From contig JAAVBP010000009.1 of the NCBI GenBank assembly GCA_014803525.1, forward strand, positions 5,995-69,994: a stretch of 64,000 nucleotides of DNA. The letters run 5' to 3'. The stretch is from a bacterium. Its GTDB lineage: Bacteria > Pseudomonadota > Alphaproteobacteria > Rs-D84. Position numbers and translations under genes: made by a program. The notes under the pieces were generated by a model. It was not told the DNA's origin and ran no database searches. It saw nothing but the letters and a program-made list of their open reading frames with translations. Below, piece after piece: positions 28,708 to 39,888 of this stretch. Every line of letters begins with the position of its first letter. Positions within the stretch are counted from its first letter, which is position 1.

Positions 28708-29625
28708 TTATCGCGTATACGTATCCAATTTTACCAATACATCACGCAATTGCGATGATGGATTCACATGCGCCAAATGCATGGCAGCATCGATATCCGC
28801 CTTGCCAAACTGCGTAGACGCATTTTCAACCAGTGACGCTAGTTGTTCCGGATTTGCTGCCGCATCTTCCATCTTACGATATAGTTTGCGCGCCCTATAC
28901 GATGCGGCGCCATACAGCGTGCGATACGTGCGCCCATAATCAATCCGACGCCCACCGCGCCAATTACCACCATGCATTTCCGGGCCAAGGGTTGTAAATA
29001 TCTCATATCTATTTTCGCGTACTGCGTTACCAACATCTTTTTCTTCCCCGGCCCACGACGACAGCATATATTTCACCGACCCAAGTGACGCCATATACAA
29101 AGGATTATTATCTTTACATTCAGCCCGATATGCCGCAAAAGCTGCTGGAATTTCATACCATGGACCATGCGCCGCATTATACTTATCCATACGAAAAACT
29201 TTCAGTGCATATGATGCCCCGATTTCCGGAAAAGATATACGACAAACCGTCGCAATTGCGCCACGCCAAGGCTCGCTGTCCGGGTCTGGCGCACGATTAC
29301 GACATTCCACAACACAAGGCGTACCAAACAACGCACTCAGCCCGTTCCACTGCATACTAAACACAGTCTTATGCGATAATAATTCCCGGCGATTTTCTGA
29401 AATAAATTCCGCAATATTCAAATGAAATGCCGCCGTCACATCTGCACGGTCCTGTGGCGCAATGCGCCCGCATAATTCCGGTGGCAAGCCACCTAAATCA
29501 GGCGAGACATTAAAGTTTTCTAAAATATACTGCAGCCGCGGCAACGTCAGCCACGTATCATGCCGCAACAAATGTGTTAAAGATGTATATTTAAACTTTT
29601 TCATATCACGCACACTATGTGACAA
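28708..29625 (-). CDS. Hypothetical protein (305 aa)
   Basis: Long ORF with coding-like composition and no recognised motif. Confidence 0.5.
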   Translation of the reverse strand: MSHSVRDMKKFKYTSLTHLLRHDTWLTLPRLQYILENFNVSPDLGGLPPELCGRIAPQDRADVTAAFHLNIAEFISENRRELLSHKTVFSMQWNGLSALFGTPCVVECRNRAPDPDSEPWRGAIATVCRISFPEIGASYALKVFRMDKYNAAHGPWYEIPAAFAAYRAECKDNNPLYMASLGSVKYMLSSWAGEEKDVGNAVRENRYEIFTTLGPEMHGGNWRGGRRIDYGRTYRTLYGAASYRARKLYRKMEDAAANPEQLASLVENASTQFGKADIDAAMHLAHVNPSSQLRDVLVKLDTYTR

Positions 29626-29638
29626 ATTTTATACAATG

Positions 29639-29833
29639 TCAATTATTCATTTCTTCGCACATTCGATTATGGCGATATATATTGCGCGCCAAATCATCAC
29701 TGATCACATCCCAGTCCGACGCACGGCCATAAATCGGTTGACATGGACATACGCCCCTATCAATCGACAATTGTGTATTTTTCGCGCAGGACGTTACGAA
29801 TATCAGCGGCACTATGACTAACAACCTCTGCAT
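29639..29833 (-). CDS. Possible small lipoprotein (64 aa)
   Basis: MQRLLVIVPLIFVTSC signal and lipobox. GGAG ribosome-binding site 8 nt upstream. Overlaps 29760..29987 in another frame. Confidence 0.3.
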   Translation of the reverse strand: MQRLLVIVPLIFVTSCAKNTQLSIDRGVCPCQPIYGRASDWDVISDDLARNIYRHNRMCEEMNN

Positions 29834-29987
29834 TTATATTCTCCATTTGTTTTAATAAATAAATCCGGGTCTGAAGCCCGGCACTTAGCGCATCCGCGCG
29901 CGCACGGGCACGCCCAACATGCACCCCAACGGTATACGCACAAATAACAACCGTCACAACCGATGTGACTATATAAATGTAACGCAT
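29760..29987 (-). CDS. Possible small membrane protein (75 aa)
   Basis: AAGGGGGAG ribosome-binding site before the ATG. One transmembrane helix followed by an amphipathic tail. Confidence 0.3.
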   Translation of the reverse strand: MRYIYIVTSVVTVVICAYTVGVHVGRARARADALSAGLQTRIYLLKQMENINAEVVSHSAADIRNVLREKYTIVD

Positions 29988-30102
29988 TTATTCTCCCCCT
30001 TAATATTATGTGTATTATGGATTTTTCTGTTGACATTATTGAAATGCCTAGCCTAATATTCCATCCAAGATAAACGTTATAATTTTTATAAAAGACATAT
30101 CT

Positions 30103-30783
30103 ATGAAGCGCCACATTTTATTTCTTGCCGCAATTGCATTGTTCTGCATACCCCCCGATTTGGCCAGGGCCGCTGCCACCGTATCTTGCACCCAACACTA
30201 TTCTTGCGATGGCAAAACTATTAAAGGGACACGCGGCACATCCGTAAATTGCGAAAACTATACCGAAACATGCTACCCACTCAATACTAGTGACCTATCA
30301 CAAGGATATTATAAGGTAATAAACTGTACATCTTGCAAGGGAAGCTATACTAAGCAAACACACAGTTCAACCACGGAACCTATTTGCCCAAACATTACCA
30401 CAACCTCTTGCGATTATTGCACATGCAGCTGTCAAACAACCTGGACAACCAGTGGCGCCAATACAGGATATGAAAGAAGAACGCATAATGGCAGCAGCGC
30501 GTGCGACTGTAGCGGCAGTACCGCAAAATGCACCGTAACAACGATGGAATACCGCTGTGCTGCTGGATATTATGGCACCGCAAATTCAACCGGCACGTCT
30601 GGGTGCACAAGATGCCCAGCGGCCACAAATGTCTTTACCAACAGCGCAAAAACCACCAAAGCACAGGGCACCACAAACGATGGCGGCAGAGAATTACTAA
30701 GCAGTTGTTACCTGGCACCTGGTACGTATTACGATAATACCGGAACATTTATGATCCCCAGTGGCAAAACATGCCCATATTAA
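30103..30783 (+). CDS. Secreted Cys/Thr-rich protein, a third Cys-rich protein with a different framework from the 7127 and 8102 pair
   Basis: Signal peptide MKRHILFLAAIALFCIPPDLARA. 24 Cys. Thr/Ser/Gly-rich. Confidence 0.6.
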   Translation: MKRHILFLAAIALFCIPPDLARAAATVSCTQHYSCDGKTIKGTRGTSVNCENYTETCYPLNTSDLSQGYYKVINCTSCKGSYTKQTHSSTTEPICPNITTTSCDYCTCSCQTTWTTSGANTGYERRTHNGSSACDCSGSTAKCTVTTMEYRCAAGYYGTANSTGTSGCTRCPAATNVFTNSAKTTKAQGTTNDGGRELLSSCYLAPGTYYDNTGTFMIPSGKTCPY

Positions 30784-30804
30784 AACAATCCCCATATTAA
30801 ACAA

Positions 30805-30833
30805 GGCGCCCGTTCTGGGCGCCCCGCTTTTTA
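30805..30833. terminator. Intrinsic terminator (GGCGCCCGTTCTGGGCGCC plus T-run) between convergent genes
   Basis: 9-bp GC stem, followed by CCGCTTTTTACT. Confidence 0.6.
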
Positions 30834-32099
30834 CTGATTCATGGACCCAAAAAAGTCCGAATTTGTTTTTGTCATTCGCAATTTATCCAGCAAGAACTCC
30901 ATGGCCTCTAACGTACCCATCGGATTAATGATACGACGCAAAACATACATTTTGGACAGCAAATCCTTGCCAACCAACAGATCTTCTTTGCGCGTGCCGG
31001 ATTTTGTGATATCAATCGCCGGATATACGCGCTTATCAGACAGCTTTCGATCCAGGATTATTTCGCTGTTGCCGGTACCCTTAAATTCTTCAAAAATAAC
31101 CTCGTCCATCTTGGACCCTGTATCGACCAATGCCGTTGCGATAATTGTCAGGCTGCCGCCACCTTCGATATTACGGGCGGCACCGAAAAAGCGTTTCGGA
31201 CGCTGCAAGGCATATGCGTCAACACCACCGGTCAAAACCTTGCCACTTGACGGCACAACCGTATTGTATGCACGCCCCAAACGCGTAATGGAATCAAGCA
31301 AGATAACAACGTCTTGGCCCGCCTCTACCAAACGTTTTGCCTTTTCTATAACCATTTCGGCGACCTGGATATGACGCGCGGCCGGTTCATCAAATGTGGA
31401 TGAAATAACTTCGCCCTTAACGCTGCGTTGCATATCTGTCACTTCTTCGGGACGTTCATCAATCAACAGAACAATTAATTTTACATCTGGATAATTCGTC
31501 GCAATCGAATGCGCAATGTTTTGCAGCATAACCGTCTTACCGGTACGCGGCGGCGCAACAATAAGACTGCGCTGACCCTTGCCGGTTGGCGAAATCAGAT
31601 CAATCACACGCGCAGACAGACTGTGCCCCTTGTCTTTATCGCCCTCTATTTCCATCTTTAACTGTTCGTCAGGATACAATGGTGTCATATCATCAAAAGA
31701 CACACGATGCTTTAACTTCTCTGGATCGGCGCCATTTACACGCTCAATCGTTTCCAATGCGAAATAGCGTTCTGATTCGTTCTGTGGTGCCTGAATCTGC
31801 CCCTCTACATAATCGCCTGTTTTCAGGCCATACTTTTTAATCAACGCGGGCGATACATATAAATCATCGGGCCCCGCCAAATAATTACTTTCCGGTGCGC
31901 GCAGAAAACCAAAACCATCCTGCATACGTTCCAGAACACCATCGCCGATTAATGTAACATTATTATCGGCCGCATGCGCGCGCATTACGGCAAAACGTAA
32001 TTGCTGAACATTTAACTGGGCCGGATTTTCAATCCCCATATCTTCGGCCATTTTCAACAGCTGCTTTGGCGATTTCGCCTTTAGTTCATTTATATGCAT
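30831..32099 (-). CDS. rho: Transcription termination factor Rho
   Basis: N-terminal RNA-binding domain. P-loop APPRTGKTV. Walker [14 protein letters not shown]-terminus [22 protein letters not shown]. Confidence 0.9.
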   Translation of the reverse strand: MHINELKAKSPKQLLKMAEDMGIENPAQLNVQQLRFAVMRAHAADNNVTLIGDGVLERMQDGFGFLRAPESNYLAGPDDLYVSPALIKKYGLKTGDYVEGQIQAPQNESERYFALETIERVNGADPEKLKHRVSFDDMTPLYPDEQLKMEIEGDKDKGHSLSARVIDLISPTGKGQRSLIVAPPRTGKTVMLQNIAHSIATNYPDVKLIVLLIDERPEEVTDMQRSVKGEVISSTFDEPAARHIQVAEMVIEKAKRLVEAGQDVVILLDSITRLGRAYNTVVPSSGKVLTGGVDAYALQRPKRFFGAARNIEGGGSLTIIATALVDTGSKMDEVIFEEFKGTGNSEIILDRKLSDKRVYPAIDITKSGTRKEDLLVGKDLLSKMYVLRRIINPMGTLEAMEFLLDKLRMTKTNSDFFGSMNQ

Positions 32100-32260
32100 A
32101 ATAAAACCCTTTATTGGAAAAAACGAGCCATGGAACCACGCTCTTTACACCATGTATTATAACACAAAAAGCACCAAAAAGTCAAGTTCAGCGTTTTTCC
32201 CTTGCTTTTATTAGGTTTTCCTGCTCAAATCCAGTATGGAATTAACAAAAAGGAAGTGAT

Positions 32261-32725
32261 ATGGCAGGCAGCATAAATAAAGTTATACTGGTTGGAAACG
32301 TAGGACAAGATCCCCAAGTTCGCACAATGAACAGTGGTCAAAAAGTGGTCAGTTTTTCACTGGCGACATCGGAACGCTGGCGCGACCGTCAATCTGGCGA
32401 ACAGAAAGAACAAACCGAATGGCATCGCGTTGTGATATTTAACCCGAATCTGGTAGATGTTGCCGAACGCATGTTGCAAAAGGGAACGAAACTGTACCTG
32501 GAAGGTTCATTGAAAACCCGCAAGTGGCAGAACCAGCAAGGCATGGACGTTTATACAACCGAAGTTGTATTAAATCCGTTCATGGGCCAGATGGTTATCT
32601 TAAGCGGTGTTAAGGCAATGGATGGTGGCATGCCGGGCGAGTATGGCCCTGCCCCGTCTGCGGCGCCGATGGCCCCACGTGAAGAAATTTCTGTGGCCGA
32701 AATCGGCGACGACATTCCGTTTTAA
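32261..32725 (+). CDS. ssb: Single-stranded DNA-binding protein
   Basis: OB-fold N-terminus NKVILVGNVGQDPQVR. Gly/Pro-rich linker. Acidic tail ending DDIPF. Confidence 0.9.
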   Translation: MAGSINKVILVGNVGQDPQVRTMNSGQKVVSFSLATSERWRDRQSGEQKEQTEWHRVVIFNPNLVDVAERMLQKGTKLYLEGSLKTRKWQNQQGMDVYTTEVVLNPFMGQMVILSGVKAMDGGMPGEYGPAPSAAPMAPREEISVAEIGDDIPF

Positions 32726-32750
32726 ACGGAATGGAGGAGCCGAAGGGGAT

Positions 32751-32829
32751 GAAAACAAGTAGGCAAGACAAGCGATAGCGTAGTCGAGCCGTCACGGTTT
32801 CCCCACAGGCACGCAAGTGCCGAGGGACA
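32751..32829 (+). repeat. Third copy of the X repeat element, inserted at the ssb 3-prime end with a 13-bp duplication
   Basis: GAAAACAAGTAGGCAAGACAAGCGATAGCGTAGTCGAGCCGTCACGGTTTCCCCACAGGCACGCAAGTGCCGAGGGACA. Flanked by GACATTCCGTTTT (32711..32723) and GACATTCCGTTCT (32826..32838). Confidence 0.6.
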
Positions 32830-32845
32830 TTCCGTTCTAAAAAAA

Positions 32846-32873
32846 TCCCCCATTTGGGGGATTTTTTTTATTT
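32846..32873. terminator. Bidirectional intrinsic terminator (ATCCCCCATTTGGGGGAT with A and T runs)
   Basis: Perfect 7-bp GC stem. A8 upstream and T9 downstream. Confidence 0.7.
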
Positions 32874-33074
32874 ACGTACCGCCCACCACAGGGCCCACAA
32901 CCATCCAACACCGGTCCATCCGAACAGCCAGCTGGCCACACGAACAAAGCCCATATCCGTTTTACTCTTTTTTGTTTGTCGCGCCAACCACGCCGGTGCC
33001 AGTATTATTATCATCAATACCACCGCGGCCCCGACATATCGCGCATATAACAAAATTTCTGACGGTACTTGCAT
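32868..33074 (-). CDS. Possible small membrane protein (68 aa)
   Basis: Two hydrophobic helices (AAVVLMIIILAPAWL and WLFGWTGVGWLWALWW). Ends at the terminator. Weak support. Confidence 0.3.
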   Translation of the reverse strand: MQVPSEILLYARYVGAAVVLMIIILAPAWLARQTKKSKTDMGFVRVASWLFGWTGVGWLWALWWAVRK

Positions 33075-33134
33075 TTTGTTTAATCCTGCATTCCTGGATT
33101 GCCGCGGTTATCCGGGCAATCCAGTCTTCATTAA

Positions 33135-34433
<1,299 letters not shown>

Positions 34434-34513
34434 TCAGATTTTTTAGCTTGCCTTACCCAGCTAATTTGTAGAACAATAAGAGCACATCTAAAGAGAAAAA
34501 GAAACAAAAAAAT

Positions 34514-37500
34514 ATGATAAAAAAGCTATTTTCTTTTATTTTCTGCCTGGCGCCGGTTGGTGCAATGGCGGCAACGGTTGACCTGGTTCCGGGGGATGGA
34601 AATGGAAATATAGAAATCCCCAGCACGCAATATCCGGAATATCCGACCGGATTAAACATACCCGCAACAGGTAACAGTGCGGTTATTCAAAACGCCCTGA
34701 ACGATGATGGGACCACAAAATATATAGCCAAGTATTTGTCACTGGGCAATAATGGGATGAATGTGGCAAATCTGTCAGTTGGGGATTATGCATCCGGCGA
34801 AATCGGCTGGGGCGAAAAAGGCTTCTTATATATAGCAAATGATACGGCATCCAGCACCGCAGATGGATTCCTGATCAGTTCAACGGGAAGCGTTTCTATT
34901 GCAACTTTGTTACGCGTATTATCTGATCAATCGTTAACCATTGCGGGTACAACCAATACACTGATTGATCTAAGCGTTGGTGACGGCACAACAAACAGCG
35001 GAATTCAAAATGCAGGTGTTTTAAATCTGACAAATATTGACGGTTTTGTCGCAGGATCGCCAGTTTCCAATACCGGCAGCATCTTGGCCATCGATGCAAA
35101 CACGGTAAACATGCAATCACTTGACACAACAAATGGCAATGTGACGGTCAATGCAAATGAAGCGGATGCACTAAAAATATCGGCATATATCCAAAATAAT
35201 ATAACCAGTGGCGGCGCCGCAGAATCAACGAAACTTACGGCATATAATATGACCGTTGGCGGCACAATACAAAATGGTTCCGGGACAATGGATATTACAA
35301 TGAATGGCGGAAACCTGCTGGTGGGTGGTTCCATTGAAAACAAGTCCGGCAGTGATATGAACATCACCTATTCCGATGCATCCATTACCACATCAACAAT
35401 ATCGGTAAACGGCGCCATCACAAATGAAGGTAATTCGTCATCTATGGTAATCAAAACCGGCGGAAACCTGAATATATCTGGCCAGTATACACCAGAATCC
35501 GGCGAACCCACATATGGCAATGCATCAATTGTAAATGGGGGTAATTTGTACATTGATGTTGGCGGAACAATAACGCTGAATAACGGTTTTGATATCAGCA
35601 CAATGGCCCAGACCAATACGTTGGAAATCAAAACAGGCAAATTGACCGTCGGAAACAGTGACGCATCACATTGGCTAGACCTGTTTTCAAACAGATTGAA
35701 TAAATATGTGCTGAACATAACAAACGATTCGCTAAATTTGGGCACAACCGGCATAACCAACGGGTCTGATAACAACGCAAATGCCAATATGACACTAAGC
35801 GCACAGAATGTAACGGCCGGCCTGGTTACAAATAACGGCGACAAGTTATATATTGCGTTACCATCACTGGATAACAACGGGACCGAGGTTGTAAATCCAA
35901 TAACCGGAAACATTACGATTACCGGTAATGTTACAGGGAATTCGGGTGTAACGACCCTGGCTGCGGGCGGAACACTGGGAACCGGCGCGGTTAACAACAG
36001 CGCCACAATGAATCTTAGCGGCGAAGGCGGTACAACCATTGCATCTGTTTCAAATTCTGGAACATTAACAGTATCATCATTAACCAGCAGTACCGGCAAT
36101 ATTAATATCATTGGTGACGTTACAAATACCGGCAATGCAACAATTACATCACGCGCAATCACAATTGGCGGCAACATCGTAAACAATGCCGGGAATTTAG
36201 CCATATTAGGATCTGATGATGGCACAGGGGCCGCGGTCAACCTGGGGGCATTAACAGCGGCCGGCGGTCAAACAACATTGAACGCACTGGTCGGGCAGAT
36301 AACCATGAATGGAAATTTGGATGTTACCAGTGGTGGCCTGAATATGGGTGGCGCAACAACCAACCTTGATGTAACAGGTGCAACAACGGTAAATGGGGAC
36401 ATTACATTGGCTGCAATTGATAACAGCACCATTTTACCGGCTGGGACAATGAATATCAGCAACAGTGGCACCCAAAAATTTGTTCTGACATCCACCGATG
36501 GAATAACGGTTGGCGGTAATATTCTGGCCACACAAAATGATTTTGCGCGCACGGCCCAGTTTGTAGCAAAAAACCAGTCTGACGGCACCGTCCAGAAAAT
36601 AACCGTCGGTACATCTGATACAAATGGAAATATCACAGCCACAGGGCGTGGTCATCTGATATTCGGTGACGCAGGAAATCAATCCGAACTAACCGCCACG
36701 GGTACTGTTTCTGCTACAAAATCTAATAATAATATCGGCAGCATTGAATTTTATGGCAACCAGACAACAGTTGGCGCCTTGGCCGGCGACGGCTTATTCA
36801 TTGCGCATGGAACAATGAATGACGATGATGCCGAAACATCCATTACGGCAACAACCGGGAATATAAATATAACCGACGCAATTTACTTTAATAATCCGGC
36901 AACCGACCCGTCAACCGGATTGATTATCAAAGACACCAAGAATTTTACACTTAACACGAACAGCGGCAGCATTGGTGTCGGTGGAATTGAATTAACCACA
37001 GGCAACACATTAAAACTGGATTCTGCATCCAACCTGGCGGTAACAGGTACAATTGAAAATACAGGCAACCTGACGTTACAGGCGGCGGAACTGGCATTCC
37101 TGGCCCAGGATTTGACCAACAACGGCACAATCAAAATTGATGCCGCAACAATTGATATGCAGGATATAACGAATAATGCAGCGGCCGACCTGGTCGCTAG
37201 GGATATCCGTGCCGGCAATATTACCGCAAACGCGAACAGCGCCATGACCATTACATCCGATGATTTGGCGGCGGGTGCACTGGATATCGCAGAAAGCGGC
37301 GTTGTAAATTATGATGTAGGTGACGCCACATTCACAGGCGCCATAACTGTAAACGGGAATATTGTCCAGGGTACACCGGACAATACAGATGGTGCATTGA
37401 ATATAATACGCGCAACAAATCTGACCGCCGATTCATTAAATTTAACCGGCAGCTTTATCACGAAATCTGGTGCGGGCGTATATGATTTTAAAAACAACGT

Positions 37501-39787
37501 TACCATATCCGGGGACATAAGCACAACTGGTGGCCAGACACATATTTTCGCCAGAAACGGTAAATTAACCGCAAAAGATATAAATAATACAGCAACATTA
37601 ACACTGTCCGGCGCGAATGGCATTGATATCACAGACACCATTGCATCCACTGGTAATTTAACATTAGATTCTGGCACAGGCTTGACAACAGCAGATACAA
37701 TTTCGTTGGCCGGCACAACAACATTATTGGGCACAGGGTTAAGCACACCGAACACATTCGCGCAAAATACACTGTACCAAAATTATGGCGGCACATTGAT
37801 GGGCGGTGATGTAAATGTTATATCTTCTGATTATACAATAACGGCATCTGATGTGGCCCTGGGCAGCCTGGCGCAAATATATGGCCACATGACATTGAAT
37901 ACCAGTGATCTAAGGGTTGTCGATAGTATTGATGCAACAGATCTGCGCGTTGCAGCAAACCCGTCGACAACATGGCTGACGGTCGATGTTGGCGGCAACG
38001 TTTCAGGCAACACACAATTCATCGGACTGGGTCACATGAAAATTGGCGGAAATTATACATATAATTCCAACAGCAACCTGATGATGGCAATATTGTCACC
38101 GAACGATGCCGGACGTGATTATTGGGCTGATATTAGCATGACCGACGATCAAACATTCGGTCAGATAACAAATCGCAGCCCAGACGCCGAACCGTTAATA
38201 TCTGTGGGCGGGACATTTATCACAGATTTGACAATGAATTTCTCTGATCGGGCGGGTCTACAGAGCAATGGCGAAATGGGTGTCGAAATATTCGACATGA
38301 TTGACCAAGGAACCGCAATATGGTTACTGAATGCCCAAGGCGGCATCCGCGAAGAAGGATCAAAAATTCGCAATATTGTGGTTAAATTCTGTAATGCCGA
38401 CGGTACGAAATGCTTTGATTACTTTAAACCCGCGGTTGGTCTGAATGAAACAGGTACGGATCTGCCGGCATACATATCCGTACGCGACACGACCAGCGAT
38501 GGTATCGCCGACAGCCTGTATCTGGTATTTGATCCGCGCTTTGGCGGCCCGGTAGAGGTGTTTAAGATCCAACCAATTGTCGGTCGTGAAAATGACCATA
38601 CAAAAAATGAATATCTAACTGCGGGCGCACTGGACGATATGATTGCAGGCGGTCTGGCCGATGCAAAATTCAATAATCGCACCCCGATAGAGGCGATCCC
38701 GGTCGCATTTGCCGGCACGAACATGGAAACCGCCGCAAATGAAATCTATAAGCGTATGGAATATTATACCGAAACACATGATGGCCACAGTCTGGCCCGT
38801 ATCAGCCGCCTGTTCCAGCCACGCGAAACAGAACAGATATCGGGCGCAATTGTGCTGAATGAACATACATCTTTCCGCGATTTCGAAGACCACATGCTGG
38901 ACGAATTTATCTGGAATCGCAATCGCAACCTGCGCAAGGCCTGGGGTGAATTTGACTTTGGCTTGGTCCGTCAAAACACCTCCGATGACGAGCGCGCGTC
39001 TGCGAACCGTTTCAGTTTTACCGGTGGATATGATTGGCAGGAAACCCAAACCCTGATATTGGGTCTGGCCGCGCGTGTATCCCACACATCCGGCAACAAT
39101 AATACCCATATAGACTTAAGCTATATCCCAGGCCAATCGATTGCCGGGAATGTCGATATAGATGTTGCGGATACAGATTTTGGCGTGGGCGCATATATGT
39201 TGAAAAACATGGGGACCAAGATGCGGGTATACGGCAACGCATTCTTGGATCTGCACTGGCTGGACGTGACACGTAATCAGACATATATGTCATCAATATC
39301 CGGCGACACTACTGCATTTAGTCTGATATCCGAATGGGGATTGATGCACGATTGGTTAAACCAATATATTGTTGGCAATGCATATGCACGCGTCGGGTAT
39401 AATTTTGGATTCTCGATGACGGAAGAAGCGGCCGGCGATGAGTATCTGAAGCTGAAATCAGATGGTTACTTTATCGTAACACCGGGATATACCCTGACCG
39501 CCCAAAAGCGTATATATCCGTCCCCGTGGTTCCAGATGCGCCCCTATGCGTCCGTCGGTGTCGAATACGATGTATTGGGCGCACCGGATAATGCGAAATA
39601 CAAGTTTGCGGCGGCACAAAACTTTACAAAATATGATATCGAGATTGATCCGCTGTGGGCAAATATCGGTGGCGGTATGGAATTCCTGTCGGTGACGGGC
39701 GTCCAGGTTGGCCTGGATTACCGGTACCAGTATAATGCCGACATCCAAATGCATAAGATAAAGTTGTCCGGATCATACCGCTTCTAA
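34514..39787 (+). CDS. Large autotransporter (type Va) outer-membrane protein with a ~1450-aa Gly/Asn/Thr-rich beta-helical passenger
   Basis: Signal peptide MIKKLFSFIFCLAPVGAMA. Repetitive passenger (NGTIKID and GNLTL motifs). C-terminal ~280-aa beta-barrel with alternating hydrophobics, ending ...KLSGSYRF. Confidence 0.85.
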   Translation: MIKKLFSFIFCLAPVGAMAATVDLVPGDGNGNIEIPSTQYPEYPTGLNIPATGNSAVIQNALNDDGTTKYIAKYLSLGNNGMNVANLSVGDYASGEIGWGEKGFLYIANDTASSTADGFLISSTGSVSIATLLRVLSDQSLTIAGTTNTLIDLSVGDGTTNSGIQNAGVLNLTNIDGFVAGSPVSNTGSILAIDANTVNMQSLDTTNGNVTVNANEADALKISAYIQNNITSGGAAESTKLTAYNMTVGGTIQNGSGTMDITMNGGNLLVGGSIENKSGSDMNITYSDASITTSTISVNGAITNEGNSSSMVIKTGGNLNISGQYTPESGEPTYGNASIVNGGNLYIDVGGTITLNNGFDISTMAQTNTLEIKTGKLTVGNSDASHWLDLFSNRLNKYVLNITNDSLNLGTTGITNGSDNNANANMTLSAQNVTAGLVTNNGDKLYIALPSLDNNGTEVVNPITGNITITGNVTGNSGVTTLAAGGTLGTGAVNNSATMNLSGEGGTTIASVSNSGTLTVSSLTSSTGNINIIGDVTNTGNATITSRAITIGGNIVNNAGNLAILGSDDGTGAAVNLGALTAAGGQTTLNALVGQITMNGNLDVTSGGLNMGGATTNLDVTGATTVNGDITLAAIDNSTILPAGTMNISNSGTQKFVLTSTDGITVGGNILATQNDFARTAQFVAKNQSDGTVQKITVGTSDTNGNITATGRGHLIFGDAGNQSELTATGTVSATKSNNNIGSIEFYGNQTTVGALAGDGLFIAHGTMNDDDAETSITATTGNINITDAIYFNNPATDPSTGLIIKDTKNFTLNTNSGSIGVGGIELTTGNTLKLDSASNLAVTGTIENTGNLTLQAAELAFLAQDLTNNGTIKIDAATIDMQDITNNAAADLVARDIRAGNITANANSAMTITSDDLAAGALDIAESGVVNYDVGDATFTGAITVNGNIVQGTPDNTDGALNIIRATNLTADSLNLTGSFITKSGAGVYDFKNNVTISGDISTTGGQTHIFARNGKLTAKDINNTATLTLSGANGIDITDTIASTGNLTLDSGTGLTTADTISLAGTTTLLGTGLSTPNTFAQNTLYQNYGGTLMGGDVNVISSDYTITASDVALGSLAQIYGHMTLNTSDLRVVDSIDATDLRVAANPSTTWLTVDVGGNVSGNTQFIGLGHMKIGGNYTYNSNSNLMMAILSPNDAGRDYWADISMTDDQTFGQITNRSPDAEPLISVGGTFITDLTMNFSDRAGLQSNGEMGVEIFDMIDQGTAIWLLNAQGGIREEGSKIRNIVVKFCNADGTKCFDYFKPAVGLNETGTDLPAYISVRDTTSDGIADSLYLVFDPRFGGPVEVFKIQPIVGRENDHTKNEYLTAGALDDMIAGGLADAKFNNRTPIEAIPVAFAGTNMETAANEIYKRMEYYTETHDGHSLARISRLFQPRETEQISGAIVLNEHTSFRDFEDHMLDEFIWNRNRNLRKAWGEFDFGLVRQNTSDDERASANRFSFTGGYDWQETQTLILGLAARVSHTSGNNNTHIDLSYIPGQSIAGNVDIDVADTDFGVGAYMLKNMGTKMRVYGNAFLDLHWLDVTRNQTYMSSISGDTTAFSLISEWGLMHDWLNQYIVGNAYARVGYNFGFSMTEEAAGDEYLKLKSDGYFIVTPGYTLTAQKRIYPSPWFQMRPYASVGVEYDVLGAPDNAKYKFAAAQNFTKYDIEIDPLWANIGGGMEFLSVTGVQVGLDYRYQYNADIQMHKIKLSGSYRF

Positions 39788-39791
39788 ACAA

Positions 39792-39816
39792 AACGCCCCA
39801 CCCGGGGCGTTTTTAT
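39792..39816 (+). terminator. Intrinsic terminator (AACGCCCCACCCGGGGCGTTTTT)
   Basis: GC stem plus T5, directly after the autotransporter stop. Confidence 0.7.
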
Positions 39817-39888
39817 CCCCCCCCGCAAAACAGTTGACACTAATAACATTTGTACTATAATCAACTAATAACAAAAGGGGATGCATAT

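Noticed and set aside
32100-32260. Possible alphaproteobacterial SOS box (GTTC-N7-GTTC) upstream of ssb: GTTCAGCGTTTTTCC
   Set aside because: Only 7 of 8 consensus positions match, and no comparable box was found upstream of uvrA. It is too weak to call.
35005-38724. Minus-strand ORFs inside 34514..39787 (for example 35368..36240, 290 aa)
   Set aside because: They are antisense to the autotransporter gene, which has a signal peptide and a canonical C-terminal barrel. The antisense frames are Pro/Val/Phe-rich artefacts.
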